A DNA stretch of 58,602 nt from a virus (taxonomy: Duplodnaviria > Caudoviricetes): positions 1 through 58,602 of IMG/VR virus record IMGVR_UViG_3300006893_000009. The stretch is one strand, 5' to 3'. The position numbers and the translations under genes are program-made. Below are positions 35,699 to 46,414 of this stretch, piece after piece (within the stretch, counting starts at the first letter, position 1; every line of letters begins with the position of its first letter). The notes under the pieces are model-generated. The model saw only the letters and a list, made by a program, of their open reading frames with translations. It was not told the origin of the DNA and did no database searches.

Positions 35699-35890
35699 AT
35701 GATGGCTGAACCAATTAAGGCAGCGTCAGAATCAACAGAATGTTTAGGGCAACATCGTTATTTCGCTCTTGACATGATTATCGAGAACGATTTTTCAGTA
35801 ACAATCCCATTGATTTGCACTCAATGTGGTGGTCTCAAACTTCACAATCTTCGCATAAAAGCGAAGGAAATCCATAAAAAGGAAAAATAA
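35699..35890 (+). CDS. Small Zn-binding protein
   Basis: C..H..CTQCG; AGGAGG SD. Confidence 0.55.
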   Translation: MMAEPIKAASESTECLGQHRYFALDMIIENDFSVTIPLICTQCGGLKLHNLRIKAKEIHKKEK

Positions 35891-35892
35891 AC

Positions 35893-36531
35893 GTGGCTAT
35901 TACTACTAATAACATTCAGTGGATTGGGCAGCCCCTTGCGGCAGCGGCTCAAGGTCAGCGTATGAATTCAAATGATAGCGGGCCGTTGGGCCAGAACCTC
36001 GTTGGTATTGTACAGTTGACTCTTGACGGCGTTGCAACGACTACGACTCTAAACTTCATTGACGGTACTCAGAAAGTGTACCAGAACGTATATGTACTGC
36101 CGGTTTTGTCGGTTGCGGCTCCGGTAACCATCGGTGGCGTGGCAAACCAAGCTGTCTTCTCTGGAGTTGGCTCTTACGGGCTGCTTCGTGTTGGTCAGTC
36201 TGTGACGTTTGCGGGCTTCACGAACGCGGGTAACAACGGAACCTTTACCATCAATGCTCTGACGACTTCCAGTATTCAGGTTACCAATTCTAGCGCGGTT
36301 GCTGAAACCAACCCGGCTGGCACTGTTACCTTGGCTATTGGTCCGGTTGCCGTAGCTTATCAGGTTGCCCGTGTGTTGGTTGGGCCTAATGGCGTGGCAG
36401 ATACAGCGGCTTCTTCGACCACGGCTATTGTCACGGCTCAGTCTCTCGCTTCATTGTCCGTCACTATTTCGTCTGCTGGTTCGGTTAGCCAGCTTTGCTC
36501 GTTTCTAGTTGAAATCTGGCCACTCTCGTAA
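35893..36531 (+). CDS. Putative virion structural/decoration protein
   Basis: Thr/Ala/Gly-rich beta protein; contains the VTFAGFTNAGNNGTF insert. Confidence 0.6.
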   Translation: MAITTNNIQWIGQPLAAAAQGQRMNSNDSGPLGQNLVGIVQLTLDGVATTTTLNFIDGTQKVYQNVYVLPVLSVAAPVTIGGVANQAVFSGVGSYGLLRVGQSVTFAGFTNAGNNGTFTINALTTSSIQVTNSSAVAETNPAGTVTLAIGPVAVAYQVARVLVGPNGVADTAASSTTAIVTAQSLASLSVTISSAGSVSQLCSFLVEIWPLS

Positions 36532-36554
36532 ACCAAGGATAAAGGAGAACTCAT

Positions 36555-37046
36555 ATGAGTCTTTTCAGAAATGAAAATCCTAACCTTGGTCCGCAGACTA
36601 CTCTTCAAGAATTGTCTGGATATGGTTCAGGAAACCCGATAGCACAGAACTTTAAGCCCGGTACGAGAGAAGTTATCTCTATACCTATTGCTGCGGCTTC
36701 TGCGCTAACGCAGTATATCTTTCAGGCACCTTGGACGTGTCAGATTGTTGGTATTAGATACAATTGCACCACGGCGGCTGGAGCGGGTGTGCTCTCTGTT
36801 GAGCGCATCATTGGTGACTCCGTAGCTCCTGCGGCTGCAAACGGTACAACGATTATCCTGTTGACGGCATCTACTGCTACTCTTTCAGGATTCGCGGCTA
36901 ATACCCGACAGAACTTCGCTCTTTCAGTTGCGGCTGGTTCCCCATTGGTTCTCAGTGCGGGCGACCAGATTGCATATTTCCTGTCTGCGGCTCCGACCTC
37001 ACTGGTTGGCGGCGTCATTCAGATTGAAATTGCACAAATCGGATAA
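36555..37046 (+). CDS. Putative virion decoration protein
   Basis: Strong SD; IFQAPW..LSAGDQI beta-sandwich pattern. Confidence 0.6.
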   Translation: MSLFRNENPNLGPQTTLQELSGYGSGNPIAQNFKPGTREVISIPIAAASALTQYIFQAPWTCQIVGIRYNCTTAAGAGVLSVERIIGDSVAPAAANGTTIILLTASTATLSGFAANTRQNFALSVAAGSPLVLSAGDQIAYFLSAAPTSLVGGVIQIEIAQIG

Positions 37047-37151
37047 GGTAGAACTTGCTTAGAGACCCATTAAAGGTGGGTTTCATTTGCATGGTGCTTC
37101 ACGGGGCTGGACCTCAACAACTCGAACCCTGTTAATATTCTTGGAGGGGAT

Positions 37152-37574
37152 ATGTTACTTGCACTTGCTGCTGTATTATTTTCGCTGGCAGGATTTGATG
37201 CGTATTTGACTCGTAGGCGTGTATTGGACTATGGGGCATTTGTAGAAATCAATCCTTTGATTGTACAGCTAATCATCAAGCTAGGCCCAGATTTCGGCCC
37301 TATCATTGGGATTATGCTCCCGGCCGCAGCGTGGATTGGACTATTCGTAAAACTTGGTTGGCCAGTCGCTCTTGCTATGATGATTGGTTACCGTCTGAAA
37401 TTGTTCGTAAGCCAGATTCAGAGTCTCCAGTTTGAAGGTGAACTGAAAGAACTTAGAGCTGAACTGGAACGCCGACATCAGCAGCGACTCTTGGGCAACC
37501 CTCCCCCTAATGAATCTTCGGATTCTGAGTCGCTGCTTACTCCTCCTGAGGACAAAAATGATAGGCAATCTTAG
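37152..37574 (+). CDS. DUF5658-like membrane protein
   Basis: FDAYLT..G..EINPL plus TM helices. Confidence 0.6.
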   Translation: MLLALAAVLFSLAGFDAYLTRRRVLDYGAFVEINPLIVQLIIKLGPDFGPIIGIMLPAAAWIGLFVKLGWPVALAMMIGYRLKLFVSQIQSLQFEGELKELRAELERRHQQRLLGNPPPNESSDSESLLTPPEDKNDRQS

Positions 37575-37866
37575 CCGTAAAGAGATGGACAAGCTAGCAA
37601 GCGAACTTCTTGGGGAGAAGTTTGTGCTGGTTTGCTCTATTCACAAGCGTGGTTACGGCTCAAAGAAGCCTCCTGTCTTCAAATGTAAAGAATGTGCTAT
37701 GGTAGAGTTCGTGGGATTGATGTGTAACATCCCAGATGACCGTAGAATGGAAGTCCTTGAGATGCTAGAGTACAGCACTAATCGGCTGGTTGAGGCTGAG
37801 AAGCGTGGCGAGATTGACGCTATCAAACTCTTCAAGCATCCAGAAGTTACCGTCGGAAAAGAATAA
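37558..37866 (+). CDS. Zn-binding hypothetical protein
   Basis: CSIH..CKEC. Confidence 0.55.
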   Translation: MIGNLSRKEMDKLASELLGEKFVLVCSIHKRGYGSKKPPVFKCKECAMVEFVGLMCNIPDDRRMEVLEMLEYSTNRLVEAEKRGEIDAIKLFKHPEVTVGKE

Positions 37867-38014
37867 TGCTGGCACCAGAACTATTCAATGTGATGCAGGG
37901 TTATACACCGCCGGGGGGGTCATCCACGAATCCCTATAGCCCAACCATGATTCAACATACGCATCCCATACACCAACTTGCACAATGTTGTATACCTCTT
38001 TTTATGGGATTGCT

Positions 38015-38254
38015 ATGGAAAATTTCATCCTTGCTGCTATCATCGTAAACATCTGTCTGACTGCCTATGGTATTTGGGGTCGAAATATTGGCAAGCAGGA
38101 TGTTCCTGAAGTCACAGCTCCACCTATAATGGGTCCTCTAACCACTCCACTTGATAAGAGACATGCTGTGTGTGCGAAATGTGGATTCGTAGTCGCTGCT
38201 TTCAAAACTTACATAGACGGAGTTTATTGTGCAAACTGTCGCACAATAAAGTAA
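38015..38254 (+). CDS. Membrane-anchored Zn-ribbon protein
   Basis: TM helix followed by CAKC..CANC. Confidence 0.5.
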   Translation: MENFILAAIIVNICLTAYGIWGRNIGKQDVPEVTAPPIMGPLTTPLDKRHAVCAKCGFVVAAFKTYIDGVYCANCRTIK

Positions 38255-38255
38255 A

Positions 38256-39683
38256 ATGGCTCAAAGTTACATACAGTTACCTACAGACGCAGCTAATACT
38301 GGTAAGAAGCTTCAGACTTGGGACAATACCATTGCTCTCAATGACGTATATGCTGAAGCTACTGTTCTAGTAGATTCAACTGGCATAGAAAAGGGAACAC
38401 CATCCAATCCTGTTAGAATTGACCCGACAGGCACCACAGTTCAGCCTGTGTCCGGTACAGTTTCAGTTTCGGATTTTCCTGCATCTCAAGTGGTGGTGGG
38501 TAATCTCACAAACAACAACGCAGCCCCCGCTGCGAATAATATGGGCGTGCTTCCTGCGCGCGCGAACGCAGCCGCGCCGACGTGGACTGAGGGTGACCAA
38601 GTTCTTATGTCCGTTGATTTAAGCGGCGTGCAGCGCATGAATGTCGCAGAATGGAACGGCGTCATCGTCGCTTCCCCGCCTGACTCTACTGGCTCTCCGT
38701 CTGTAGTGGCTAGTGGTCCTAATAACGCATCTGCTATGGTTTGGACTGCGGCGAACGGTGGCGCTGGTACAGTATTATCTATCCTCTCAAATTCAAATCA
38801 TTACGCAACACTGGAAGTTGGGCAACTCGTAACAGCCGCATTGACCTCTGGCACTTACTCAATTCAAGGTTCACTCGATGGAACCAACTGGCAACCCCTC
38901 GTGGGTTATAGTTATCGGGCAGCAGCATTTCAGGGAGGGGGTACTTCCGCATCTCCGACGTTTATCGGTTTCGGGGCAGGACCAACTTACACGGTTCTTT
39001 CTTTTCAAGTCGCGGGTTTTCCGTGGCTGCGGATGATTATTGGAACTGCAATCGGAGGCACAGGTACAATTGTCACGACTTCGTTTGCACTCTTGAGCGA
39101 TACTCAAAGTCAACCTATCTTGAATCCAAGTGTTGTCTATCAAGCAGCGGTTAGCACCGATATTGTCTCTGCATTGGGTCCACTTAATACGTTGACGAAT
39201 AGCGGGGCTATTGCTACGGTGCAGTATGTTTCCCCCGGTACGACTTCCTTGACTAGTGACCCCGGCATTGGTAATTCTGCGCAAGCATTGCGCACACCTG
39301 CAATTTTCAAGACGGTCGCTTTTACCACTGCAACATCAACTGCTGTCTGGACACCAACCTCAAAGAAGTTTAGATTGATGCGGTTCATGATTGACCTCAC
39401 TTCAAACGCATCTCAAACGGTTGGTGGAGTCCTTTCTATTTCATTGAATGATGGTGGTACAGCATTTGGTGGTGGTAGTAACACAACGAACAACGGAATC
39501 GCATTTTCTGTATTTGTCCCAACTACAACTGTCACAACAGGTTTTGGGGGCTACACAACCGGATGGATAGACTTGGGTAATGGTTATCTTTCTACGACAG
39601 CAGGAAACGCATTAAACATTGCCATTTCTACGGCCCTTGTTAATGGAACAGTCAGCATATCCGTTTGTGGAACGGAAGAATAA
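38256..39683 (+). CDS. Putative head fibre/spike structural protein
   Basis: 475 aa, T/S/G/A-rich; QPVSGTVSVSDFPASQ and SLDGTNW motifs. Confidence 0.6.
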   Translation: MAQSYIQLPTDAANTGKKLQTWDNTIALNDVYAEATVLVDSTGIEKGTPSNPVRIDPTGTTVQPVSGTVSVSDFPASQVVVGNLTNNNAAPAANNMGVLPARANAAAPTWTEGDQVLMSVDLSGVQRMNVAEWNGVIVASPPDSTGSPSVVASGPNNASAMVWTAANGGAGTVLSILSNSNHYATLEVGQLVTAALTSGTYSIQGSLDGTNWQPLVGYSYRAAAFQGGGTSASPTFIGFGAGPTYTVLSFQVAGFPWLRMIIGTAIGGTGTIVTTSFALLSDTQSQPILNPSVVYQAAVSTDIVSALGPLNTLTNSGAIATVQYVSPGTTSLTSDPGIGNSAQALRTPAIFKTVAFTTATSTAVWTPTSKKFRLMRFMIDLTSNASQTVGGVLSISLNDGGTAFGGGSNTTNNGIAFSVFVPTTTVTTGFGGYTTGWIDLGNGYLSTTAGNALNIAISTALVNGTVSISVCGTEE

Positions 39684-39909
39684 TGAATACTTACGTGGTT
39701 CAAACTGTAACTGAAGTAGGAGATGCGCTGACCATTACTGGAACTGTAAATGGGATTCCTGTAACAGTTTTAACATGGGTATCTGCGGCTGGAACACGCG
39801 TTGATCTGCTATTGCCTTTCAAAACTTCATTGCTCCACTGATGCTAGCACAACTCCCTAAAAGCCCAACAGTAGTTGCCGGCCTTCAGAATCTTACATTT
39901 ACCCAATAA
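39683..39909 (+). CDS. Small structural protein, apparently frameshifted near 39800
   Basis: MNTYVVQTV..TWVSAAG in one frame; SAIAFQNFIAPLML..LTFTQ* in the -1 frame. Confidence 0.4.
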
Positions 39910-39919
39910 GGAAAACTAA

Positions 39920-40288
39920 ATGTCACGTCAAGCATCTGTTTTAATTCCTACACCGACTGTAGCCGCTGCTGGTGGAGCTATTGCAACCAGTTCATCTGAC
40001 ATAGTTGTCACTTTGGCCGCTTCTACGGCATCTGGAAACATCACTATTGGTAAGAACCGAATCTTTGTTGTTCAGTTTAGTCCGACAGTCGCACCAGCAG
40101 CTCCCGCGAATATGAACATTTCATTTGGTAACGCTGCTACAACTGTTGTTGTACCGACTGCGGGTAACTGCTATGCAATCCCGGCCCAACAGCAAACTAC
40201 GTTTGATATGGGACCGACTAACGATACCATCAACATTATCTCTGGCGTTGCAGGAACTTGCTACATAAAACTTCTCGGCGTAAACTAA
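39920..40288 (+). CDS. Putative virion structural protein
   Basis: AAGGA SD; Ala/Thr-rich beta protein. Confidence 0.55.
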   Translation: MSRQASVLIPTPTVAAAGGAIATSSSDIVVTLAASTASGNITIGKNRIFVVQFSPTVAPAAPANMNISFGNAATTVVVPTAGNCYAIPAQQQTTFDMGPTNDTINIISGVAGTCYIKLLGVN

Positions 40289-40299
40289 GGTAAACTCTC

Positions 40300-42531
40300 T
40301 TGGCTAATACGATGACTGGCCCTGAAGGGGTGATGTCTGTAACAGGCTCCAATAATATGGGAGCGGCAGGTTCCGTTAGTGGACCAGCTATCACTCCAGC
40401 TCAGAGTGAATCAACGACCCGTGACAAGGAAGTTAAGAAGCGTTGGGTATTGGACCAGCTTCAACGATTGCGCAACTTCCGTCGGCCCTATGACCAACGA
40501 CGAGCGTATTACTATCGTCAGTATATTGGTCAGAGAGACCGGAAGATGTTCCCCGATAACATCACTCCCCGGTCGAATACCTTTGTTCCTATTCCGAACT
40601 CGGATACTGAAGCTATTGTCTCGCGCGTCCATGATGCTTTCTTTTCACTTGACCCGTGGTTAGAAGTTCGACCCACAGGACCATATGACTGGCTTTCTAT
40701 GCAGTCGGTACTGATGACCACATTGAAGAAGGCTAAGATAACCAAGCAGATTGAATTGTTCACCCGTGACCTTTGTATTTATGGTCATGCTGGAGTGAAG
40801 GTCGATTGGGATTGGGACTTTGATGTAGCAATGGGACCGGAACCCGTGTACCAACAGGTTCCTGTTCAAGACCCTCAGACTGGGGCCATTCAACGTGGCC
40901 AAGATGGTCAGCCTCAGATGCAGAACGCAATTGACCCGAATACTGGCCAGCCAATACAAATTGGCACCAAGATGGTTCAAAAGGCTGTTCCGCGTAACTG
41001 CCCGAAGATTATCCCCATTGACATCTATGACCTTTTGATTGACCCTGATGAGAAGATGAAAGCGCATGTCTTCGAGATTAGTTGGGGCGAACTTCAACGA
41101 GAAGCTACTGCTAAGCCTGATAGGTACTTCCCTGAGGCAATCACTGAACTCACCAATCGTCTTCGGCAGTATCAGGAGAACGACCGGGATGGAATCATCA
41201 TCCGTGTGGCTGAGTTCTGGGATGATACCAATAAGACCGTCTCAATGGTCTCATTTGGTGAGGATGCCGATGCAATTGGATGGAAGGACCGTCGTTACCA
41301 ATATCGCAACGCTTCTTATTCTGCTTACAAGCGTCGTGTGTATAATGGGCCTCCCGTTATGCTATATACGGGACCTAATCCTTTTGCACACCAACGTATC
41401 CCCATCATTGACGCAGCCTATATCAAAGTCAAGGGTGATGTCTATGGTATCGGCCTTATTGAAAAGATTTCGGACCTAGCTGAAGGTATCAATGTTTTCA
41501 CCAACATGGTTACCGACAACTGGAACCTTGGCATTAACCATCGATATGCTTATGACGTTCAGATGGATATTGACCATGACCAATTGGACCAGGGTAACAC
41601 TCCGGGCGGGAAAGTTGGAGTCGTTGGTGACCCATCTAAGGCTATCTTTCCACTTCCTAATTACACCCCAAACTCTCAAGATTATCAAATCATTGACCTG
41701 TACAAGGGCATGATTGAGCAAGTGTCTGGTATATCTGACTTCTATGCAAAGGGTGTTGGTTCTAGCGGCGGCAACAGAACGTCGAGTGGAATCTCACAGG
41801 TTATCAACCAGTCTGGTTACGTCTTCAAGCTCTTGATTCGTAATATGGAGAATGACGTTCTCCAGCCCATGCTTGAGATGTGTGCCTCTCTTATCATGCA
41901 GTATGGCACTGACCAGATGGAATATGAGATAACCAATGCCCCTCCGGGCATCCCGAAGTATGGCACTGTTGAGCTTCAACGGTTGGTTGGAACGTATGCT
42001 TATGACCTTGTAGCCGCGAACTATGCCACAGGTAAGGAAGTAAAGCAGCGGAACTTGATGGCGTTCTATCAGATTGCCATGCAATCACCGTACGCCGTTC
42101 AAAGCGAGTTCCTTAAAGAGATTGCCCGTTGCATGGAAATCCCCTATGCCAATCGTTTGCTCAAGACTGATGAACAGGTCCAACAGCAACAGCAGGCTGC
42201 TCATGCACAACAGTTACAAGAAGCTATCATGGAGAAGTTGCTGAACTTTGAAGAGAAGGCTCTTGTTAAGGAACTAGGTAAGACAAATCCGAGCAAGGGT
42301 GCTCAACCTCAGACCCCTGAACAGGTTCATGCTCTTGAAGTTCAAGAGAACATCGAAGAATTCATTCAGATAGCTGCTGGTATTCCCCTTGAAGGTGAAG
42401 GACTTCCAGTGAACCACATGCACGAAGGTCATCCTCCGGGAGTCGATGGTATGCATCCGCAAATCCCCGGTGTTGATGAAGGCACAATGAATAACGCTGG
42501 CGCTCAACAAATCGGCGCTAATGCATTCTAA
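40300..42531 (+). CDS. Portal protein (P22-like podovirus type)
   Basis: 743 aa; YGHAGVKVDW, DLLIDP, PFAHQRIP, YGIGL, RTSSGI, Gln-rich C-terminal barrel; position before scaffold and capsid. Confidence 0.85.
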   Translation: MANTMTGPEGVMSVTGSNNMGAAGSVSGPAITPAQSESTTRDKEVKKRWVLDQLQRLRNFRRPYDQRRAYYYRQYIGQRDRKMFPDNITPRSNTFVPIPNSDTEAIVSRVHDAFFSLDPWLEVRPTGPYDWLSMQSVLMTTLKKAKITKQIELFTRDLCIYGHAGVKVDWDWDFDVAMGPEPVYQQVPVQDPQTGAIQRGQDGQPQMQNAIDPNTGQPIQIGTKMVQKAVPRNCPKIIPIDIYDLLIDPDEKMKAHVFEISWGELQREATAKPDRYFPEAITELTNRLRQYQENDRDGIIIRVAEFWDDTNKTVSMVSFGEDADAIGWKDRRYQYRNASYSAYKRRVYNGPPVMLYTGPNPFAHQRIPIIDAAYIKVKGDVYGIGLIEKISDLAEGINVFTNMVTDNWNLGINHRYAYDVQMDIDHDQLDQGNTPGGKVGVVGDPSKAIFPLPNYTPNSQDYQIIDLYKGMIEQVSGISDFYAKGVGSSGGNRTSSGISQVINQSGYVFKLLIRNMENDVLQPMLEMCASLIMQYGTDQMEYEITNAPPGIPKYGTVELQRLVGTYAYDLVAANYATGKEVKQRNLMAFYQIAMQSPYAVQSEFLKEIARCMEIPYANRLLKTDEQVQQQQQAAHAQQLQEAIMEKLLNFEEKALVKELGKTNPSKGAQPQTPEQVHALEVQENIEEFIQIAAGIPLEGEGLPVNHMHEGHPPGVDGMHPQIPGVDEGTMNNAGAQQIGANAF

Positions 42532-42541
42532 GGAAAATAAA

Positions 42542-43842
42542 ATGGAACATCCCCGAAGTGCAGATGTAGCGGCTATCTTTATGGCAGAAGGTCGAAGTGG
42601 GACTGGTGACCATAGTGATGCTTTCCCGCTCGATGTATGCAATCCACAGAACGCTGTCCTTACTCAGTTTGACCTTCAAGGTCGAACTAAGCAGGTTCCA
42701 GCGGGCGTCGAGTATGACCCCAAGGCAATGCGCTTGAATCCCCGGTCAGTTGCGGGTCAGAAGAACATTCCTGAAGACGCTGAAGGAAAGTAAATGGCTT
42801 ACGTTCGTCCTGAAAACGTTAATACCAATCCTGAGCCTCGAATCAAGCCTAAGCTCTCTCCAACGATTGCCAAGCTTCCGAATATGCCTCGCGCTCAGCA
42901 CATTGCGAACCAGTATCAAAATAACAAAGCCAAAGTTTTCCACCTTGGCTACTTTGAACACACGGAATAAAAATGTCAATTACAGCCTCTATAAATGGAA
43001 ACATCCAGCTTACGGACAGTGTGTCAGGGACGATTGCCTTAAAGAAACTTCTTGCCGCCTTGTCTATGACTGGCACTGAATTTACTGAAGCGCAGTCGGT
43101 CTCCCTTGCTAGCGGTTCCAATGCTATTACGGTTCCGCTGTCACCCGTTCTTTTCTGTTACGTGAAGAACTTGCACGCAACCAATACCATTCAAGTTATC
43201 TGGACACCGAACGGTGGTGCCAGCGCAACAATCCTCACTCTACAGCCCGGTGGTTCTATTATGTTCTGTGAACCGACGACTGGGAGTACAGGTATCACGG
43301 CGTTGAACTTGACGGCAAGTGGTGCAGCGACGACTTGCGAATACGTTCTAGCAGGCTAAGTATCCTAGTTGTAAATTAAAAAAGGAGAAACAATATGTCT
43401 GAAATGAAAGAAGGCAGCGGCGGCTCGGAAGCGAGTATGCATCCGGCGGCTCTGCATCATGAACATTCTAAGGCTCACATGGTTGGCAAGATGTTTGCTT
43501 CCTCGCATGGGCGTTCTCACGAAGGTTGTACTGGTGGCGCAACTGAAGGTGATTCCACTCCGGCCAGCGTGAATGCTCCTAAGGCTGCGGGCGAGATGGG
43601 AAATTTCTAAAATGGCCACTAGTGATTCGCAGAGAGGGGCGATTATTGCGACCATCTTTGCCCAGTCACAAGGGTATGACCATGAAGGTGGAATGCCGAA
43701 AGGCAGTGGGAAGATTACATTTGGTCCGGGTGTCATTGACTTATCGGAACCAACGCCCCCACCGCCACAAGTCCCACCTCTAAAGGGTCCTACACTTCCA
43801 GTGGACGACCCGTATCGCTCTTATCGCACTCAGCAAGCTTAA
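42542..43842 (+). other. Five small late genes (42542-42793, 42794-42970, 42973-43359, 43395-43610, 43612-43842)
   Basis: Abutting ORFs with SDs; 42973-43359 looks structural. Confidence 0.55.
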
Positions 43843-43859
43843 CAAATACGGAGGGTGTT

Positions 43860-44297
43860 ATGAATTTTCGTAAATTGTTTCAGGGTACGAACCCAGCATC
43901 ACCGGACCTTGCTTCACAAGTGCCCGAGTTTGTGCCTTATATCAAATACAAGATTGTTGAAGTTGACTCTCCGAGGACCCCATTAGAAGGTGGGGAGACT
44001 GAGGAGATGCAGGCGTCAATTGCAACTCTCGCGTATCATCCCGGATTCCAGTATCTCTTGAAACGGCTCGCATTACAAAATGCGGCATTGAAGTCCAAAC
44101 TTACATACGAGCGTCACAAAACGCTTGACGAAGTTAACTTCTTTCAAGCTGGAGTCTATTGGTCGGGTTGGCTCTTGACAGAACTAAAGCGGACTACCGT
44201 GAAGGTTGTGTCTCGTAAGATTGACCCGGTTGACGAAGAACTTGCAGCTTTCAAAGCTATTGACAGTCAACTCGAACGTGTAGGTATGGACGAGTAA
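43860..44297 (+). CDS. Hypothetical protein preceding the scaffold
   Basis: GGAGGG SD; LAYHPGFQYL helix motif typical of post-portal genes. Confidence 0.65.
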   Translation: MNFRKLFQGTNPASPDLASQVPEFVPYIKYKIVEVDSPRTPLEGGETEEMQASIATLAYHPGFQYLLKRLALQNAALKSKLTYERHKTLDEVNFFQAGVYWSGWLLTELKRTTVKVVSRKIDPVDEELAAFKAIDSQLERVGMDE

Positions 44298-44441
44298 TTG
44301 GTATCGAGTGTGTCCTAGGATAAAGTTAGGGATAAACTAGGCTATACTTCATACGCTGCTGTAAATAGTTGTAGCGCCACTTCCCTACTAAATTTCGCCC
44401 CACAAGGGCATGTAGTAAATCTCAGTCTCACAAGGACGACG

Positions 44442-45356
44442 ATGGCACCCGATGTTCACCAAGTAGCTCCGAATGGCGTTGTGAATCTTAACGATGCTCC
44501 CGGAGGTTTCGACGATGCGACATTTGACAAGCTGTTTCCGGCTGAAGCTCCAACTGTCGTAGCTGCACCTGTGGCACAACCACAGACTCAAACTCAGCCT
44601 CCCGCTGCGAATCAACATACTCCCCAGCCTCAGTTACAAACTCAGACTGCGGAACCTGTTATTAAAGGTGAGCGCTCCATCTACAACTCACTGGAAGCAG
44701 CAACACAGGGCATCAACCAAAAAGATGCTCTTATCGAGCAATTGCGTCAGAGATATGCACTTACCACTGGGATTGACCCTATCACTGGCCAACCTGTTGG
44801 GCAAACTCCGACTAACCAGCCTCTAGACTATACTCAGAACCGCGAGAAGTACATGAACGATTTGTACTCGGCGGCTAAGCAAGGTCCAGATGCTTATGTA
44901 GATGTGCAGACCAAGTTCGTCATGGACACTCTAGCACCGTTACAGCCCCTCATTCAGCAATATGCCAGAGCTACTGCTGTTAGTACACTCTCGCAGGAAA
45001 TTCCTGATGCAGGGAAGTTTATCGGAACTCCTCAATATGGCAAGGCGTTGGAAGGCAACCCGGAGTTGAAGAACGCAATCTCTGTTGCGGAATCTGACGT
45101 ACGCTGGCACTCTCGTCTGCCGGGGCTATACAAATTAGCCTATCTGACAGGTCAGGGAATGCAACTGCCCGAACTGTTGACCAAAAATACGGCTCCTGCC
45201 GTAACTCAAACTCAGACAGTTCAGCCTAGACCGTCTGCGCAACCCACGACTCAAGCACCCTCTCAGTCTACCACGAAACCATCATTCAAGACTCTTGATG
45301 GTATCAAGGCAGTCATTCAGGATGCAGAATCTCGCGGATTGACGCTTGACTTCTAA
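44442..45356 (+). CDS. Putative scaffolding protein
   Basis: P/Q/T-rich disordered termini and coiled coil, directly upstream of the capsid gene. Confidence 0.7.
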   Translation: MAPDVHQVAPNGVVNLNDAPGGFDDATFDKLFPAEAPTVVAAPVAQPQTQTQPPAANQHTPQPQLQTQTAEPVIKGERSIYNSLEAATQGINQKDALIEQLRQRYALTTGIDPITGQPVGQTPTNQPLDYTQNREKYMNDLYSAAKQGPDAYVDVQTKFVMDTLAPLQPLIQQYARATAVSTLSQEIPDAGKFIGTPQYGKALEGNPELKNAISVAESDVRWHSRLPGLYKLAYLTGQGMQLPELLTKNTAPAVTQTQTVQPRPSAQPTTQAPSQSTTKPSFKTLDGIKAVIQDAESRGLTLDF

Positions 45357-45376
45357 GCACTGTAAAAGGACTTAAG

Positions 45377-46399
45377 ATGTTGCTTAATAAACTAGTTTCC
45401 CTCGTCGGGATGGCTCTTGGTATCGGCGATGACATCGTAACTGTTATTACTGGTTCCGTGGGCACCCCCGGACCTGCTGGTTCACTCGCGTCGGACCAAC
45501 AGACCTATTTTAGCGCGAAGCTGTTGGAAGTGGCTGTGCTGTTTACCGTCATGGACCAATTCGGAGACAAAGACCCGATTCCGTCCAATTCTTCCAAGAG
45601 CATTCAGTTCAACCGTTTGGAGAAGCTCGCTACCTCGCTGGCTCCGACTCAGTTGACTGAAGGTGTCCAGCCGGATGCGACTGGTCTCCAAATGTCTCAG
45701 TTTACCGCTGTCGCTGAACAGTACGGTCTCTTGCTCCGTTTGTCGGACTTGGCCGAACTGACCAGCAAGCACGACGTGGTTGGTCGCGCACTGTATGTGC
45801 TCGGTCTGCACGCGGCTGAAACGTACGACATCCTGATTGTCAACGTGTTGGCTCAGGCGTCTAACGTGTACCGTCCGAACGCGCGTGTTAGCAACGCTAC
45901 CACGGTTGCGTCGGATAAGCTGGGCTACAACGATTTGACTGCACTTCATGCGAACCTGATGGACCAAGGCGGACGGCCGTTTGATGATGGGGACTATGTT
46001 CTCGTCATTACCCCGCAGGTTTATGCTTCGATGTTGCAGGACCCTGACTTCAAGGCTTCTAACCAGTTCGGGAAACCGGAACGGATTTGGAAGGGCGAAG
46101 TTCAGGAGTTGAGCGGGTGGCGCATTGTCAAGAGCAACGCTCCTGGCTTTGCGGCTATTCTGCAAGCGACTGCTGGTGCAGCTAACAAGCTGTACAACGG
46201 CTTCGCAATTGCTCGCAACGCTTACCAGATTTCTGACCTCCAGAACCTCCGCGTGTACGCGGCTGCTCCGGGTGGACAGACTGACGTGTTGCAGCAGAAT
46301 CGGAAGATTGGTTACAAGTTCGCGTTCAAGGCTATCATCACGAACCAGAACTGGTTGTTTAACACAATCTCCGCTGGGCAAAATAGCGTAAACAATTAA
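45377..46399 (+). CDS. Major capsid protein (N4-gp56-like)
   Basis: QFGDKDPIPSNSSKSIQFNR, LTEGVQP, QYG..SDLA, GEV..GWRIV, DVLQQ..IGYK. Confidence 0.88.
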   Translation: MLLNKLVSLVGMALGIGDDIVTVITGSVGTPGPAGSLASDQQTYFSAKLLEVAVLFTVMDQFGDKDPIPSNSSKSIQFNRLEKLATSLAPTQLTEGVQPDATGLQMSQFTAVAEQYGLLLRLSDLAELTSKHDVVGRALYVLGLHAAETYDILIVNVLAQASNVYRPNARVSNATTVASDKLGYNDLTALHANLMDQGGRPFDDGDYVLVITPQVYASMLQDPDFKASNQFGKPERIWKGEVQELSGWRIVKSNAPGFAAILQATAGAANKLYNGFAIARNAYQISDLQNLRVYAAAPGGQTDVLQQNRKIGYKFAFKAIITNQNWLFNTISAGQNSVNN

Positions 46400-46414
46400 A
46401 ACTAAAGGACTTAC

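Noticed and set aside
45482-46381. 299-aa antisense ORF over the capsid gene
   Set aside because: Shadow of strong codon bias in a highly expressed gene; no SD and no motifs
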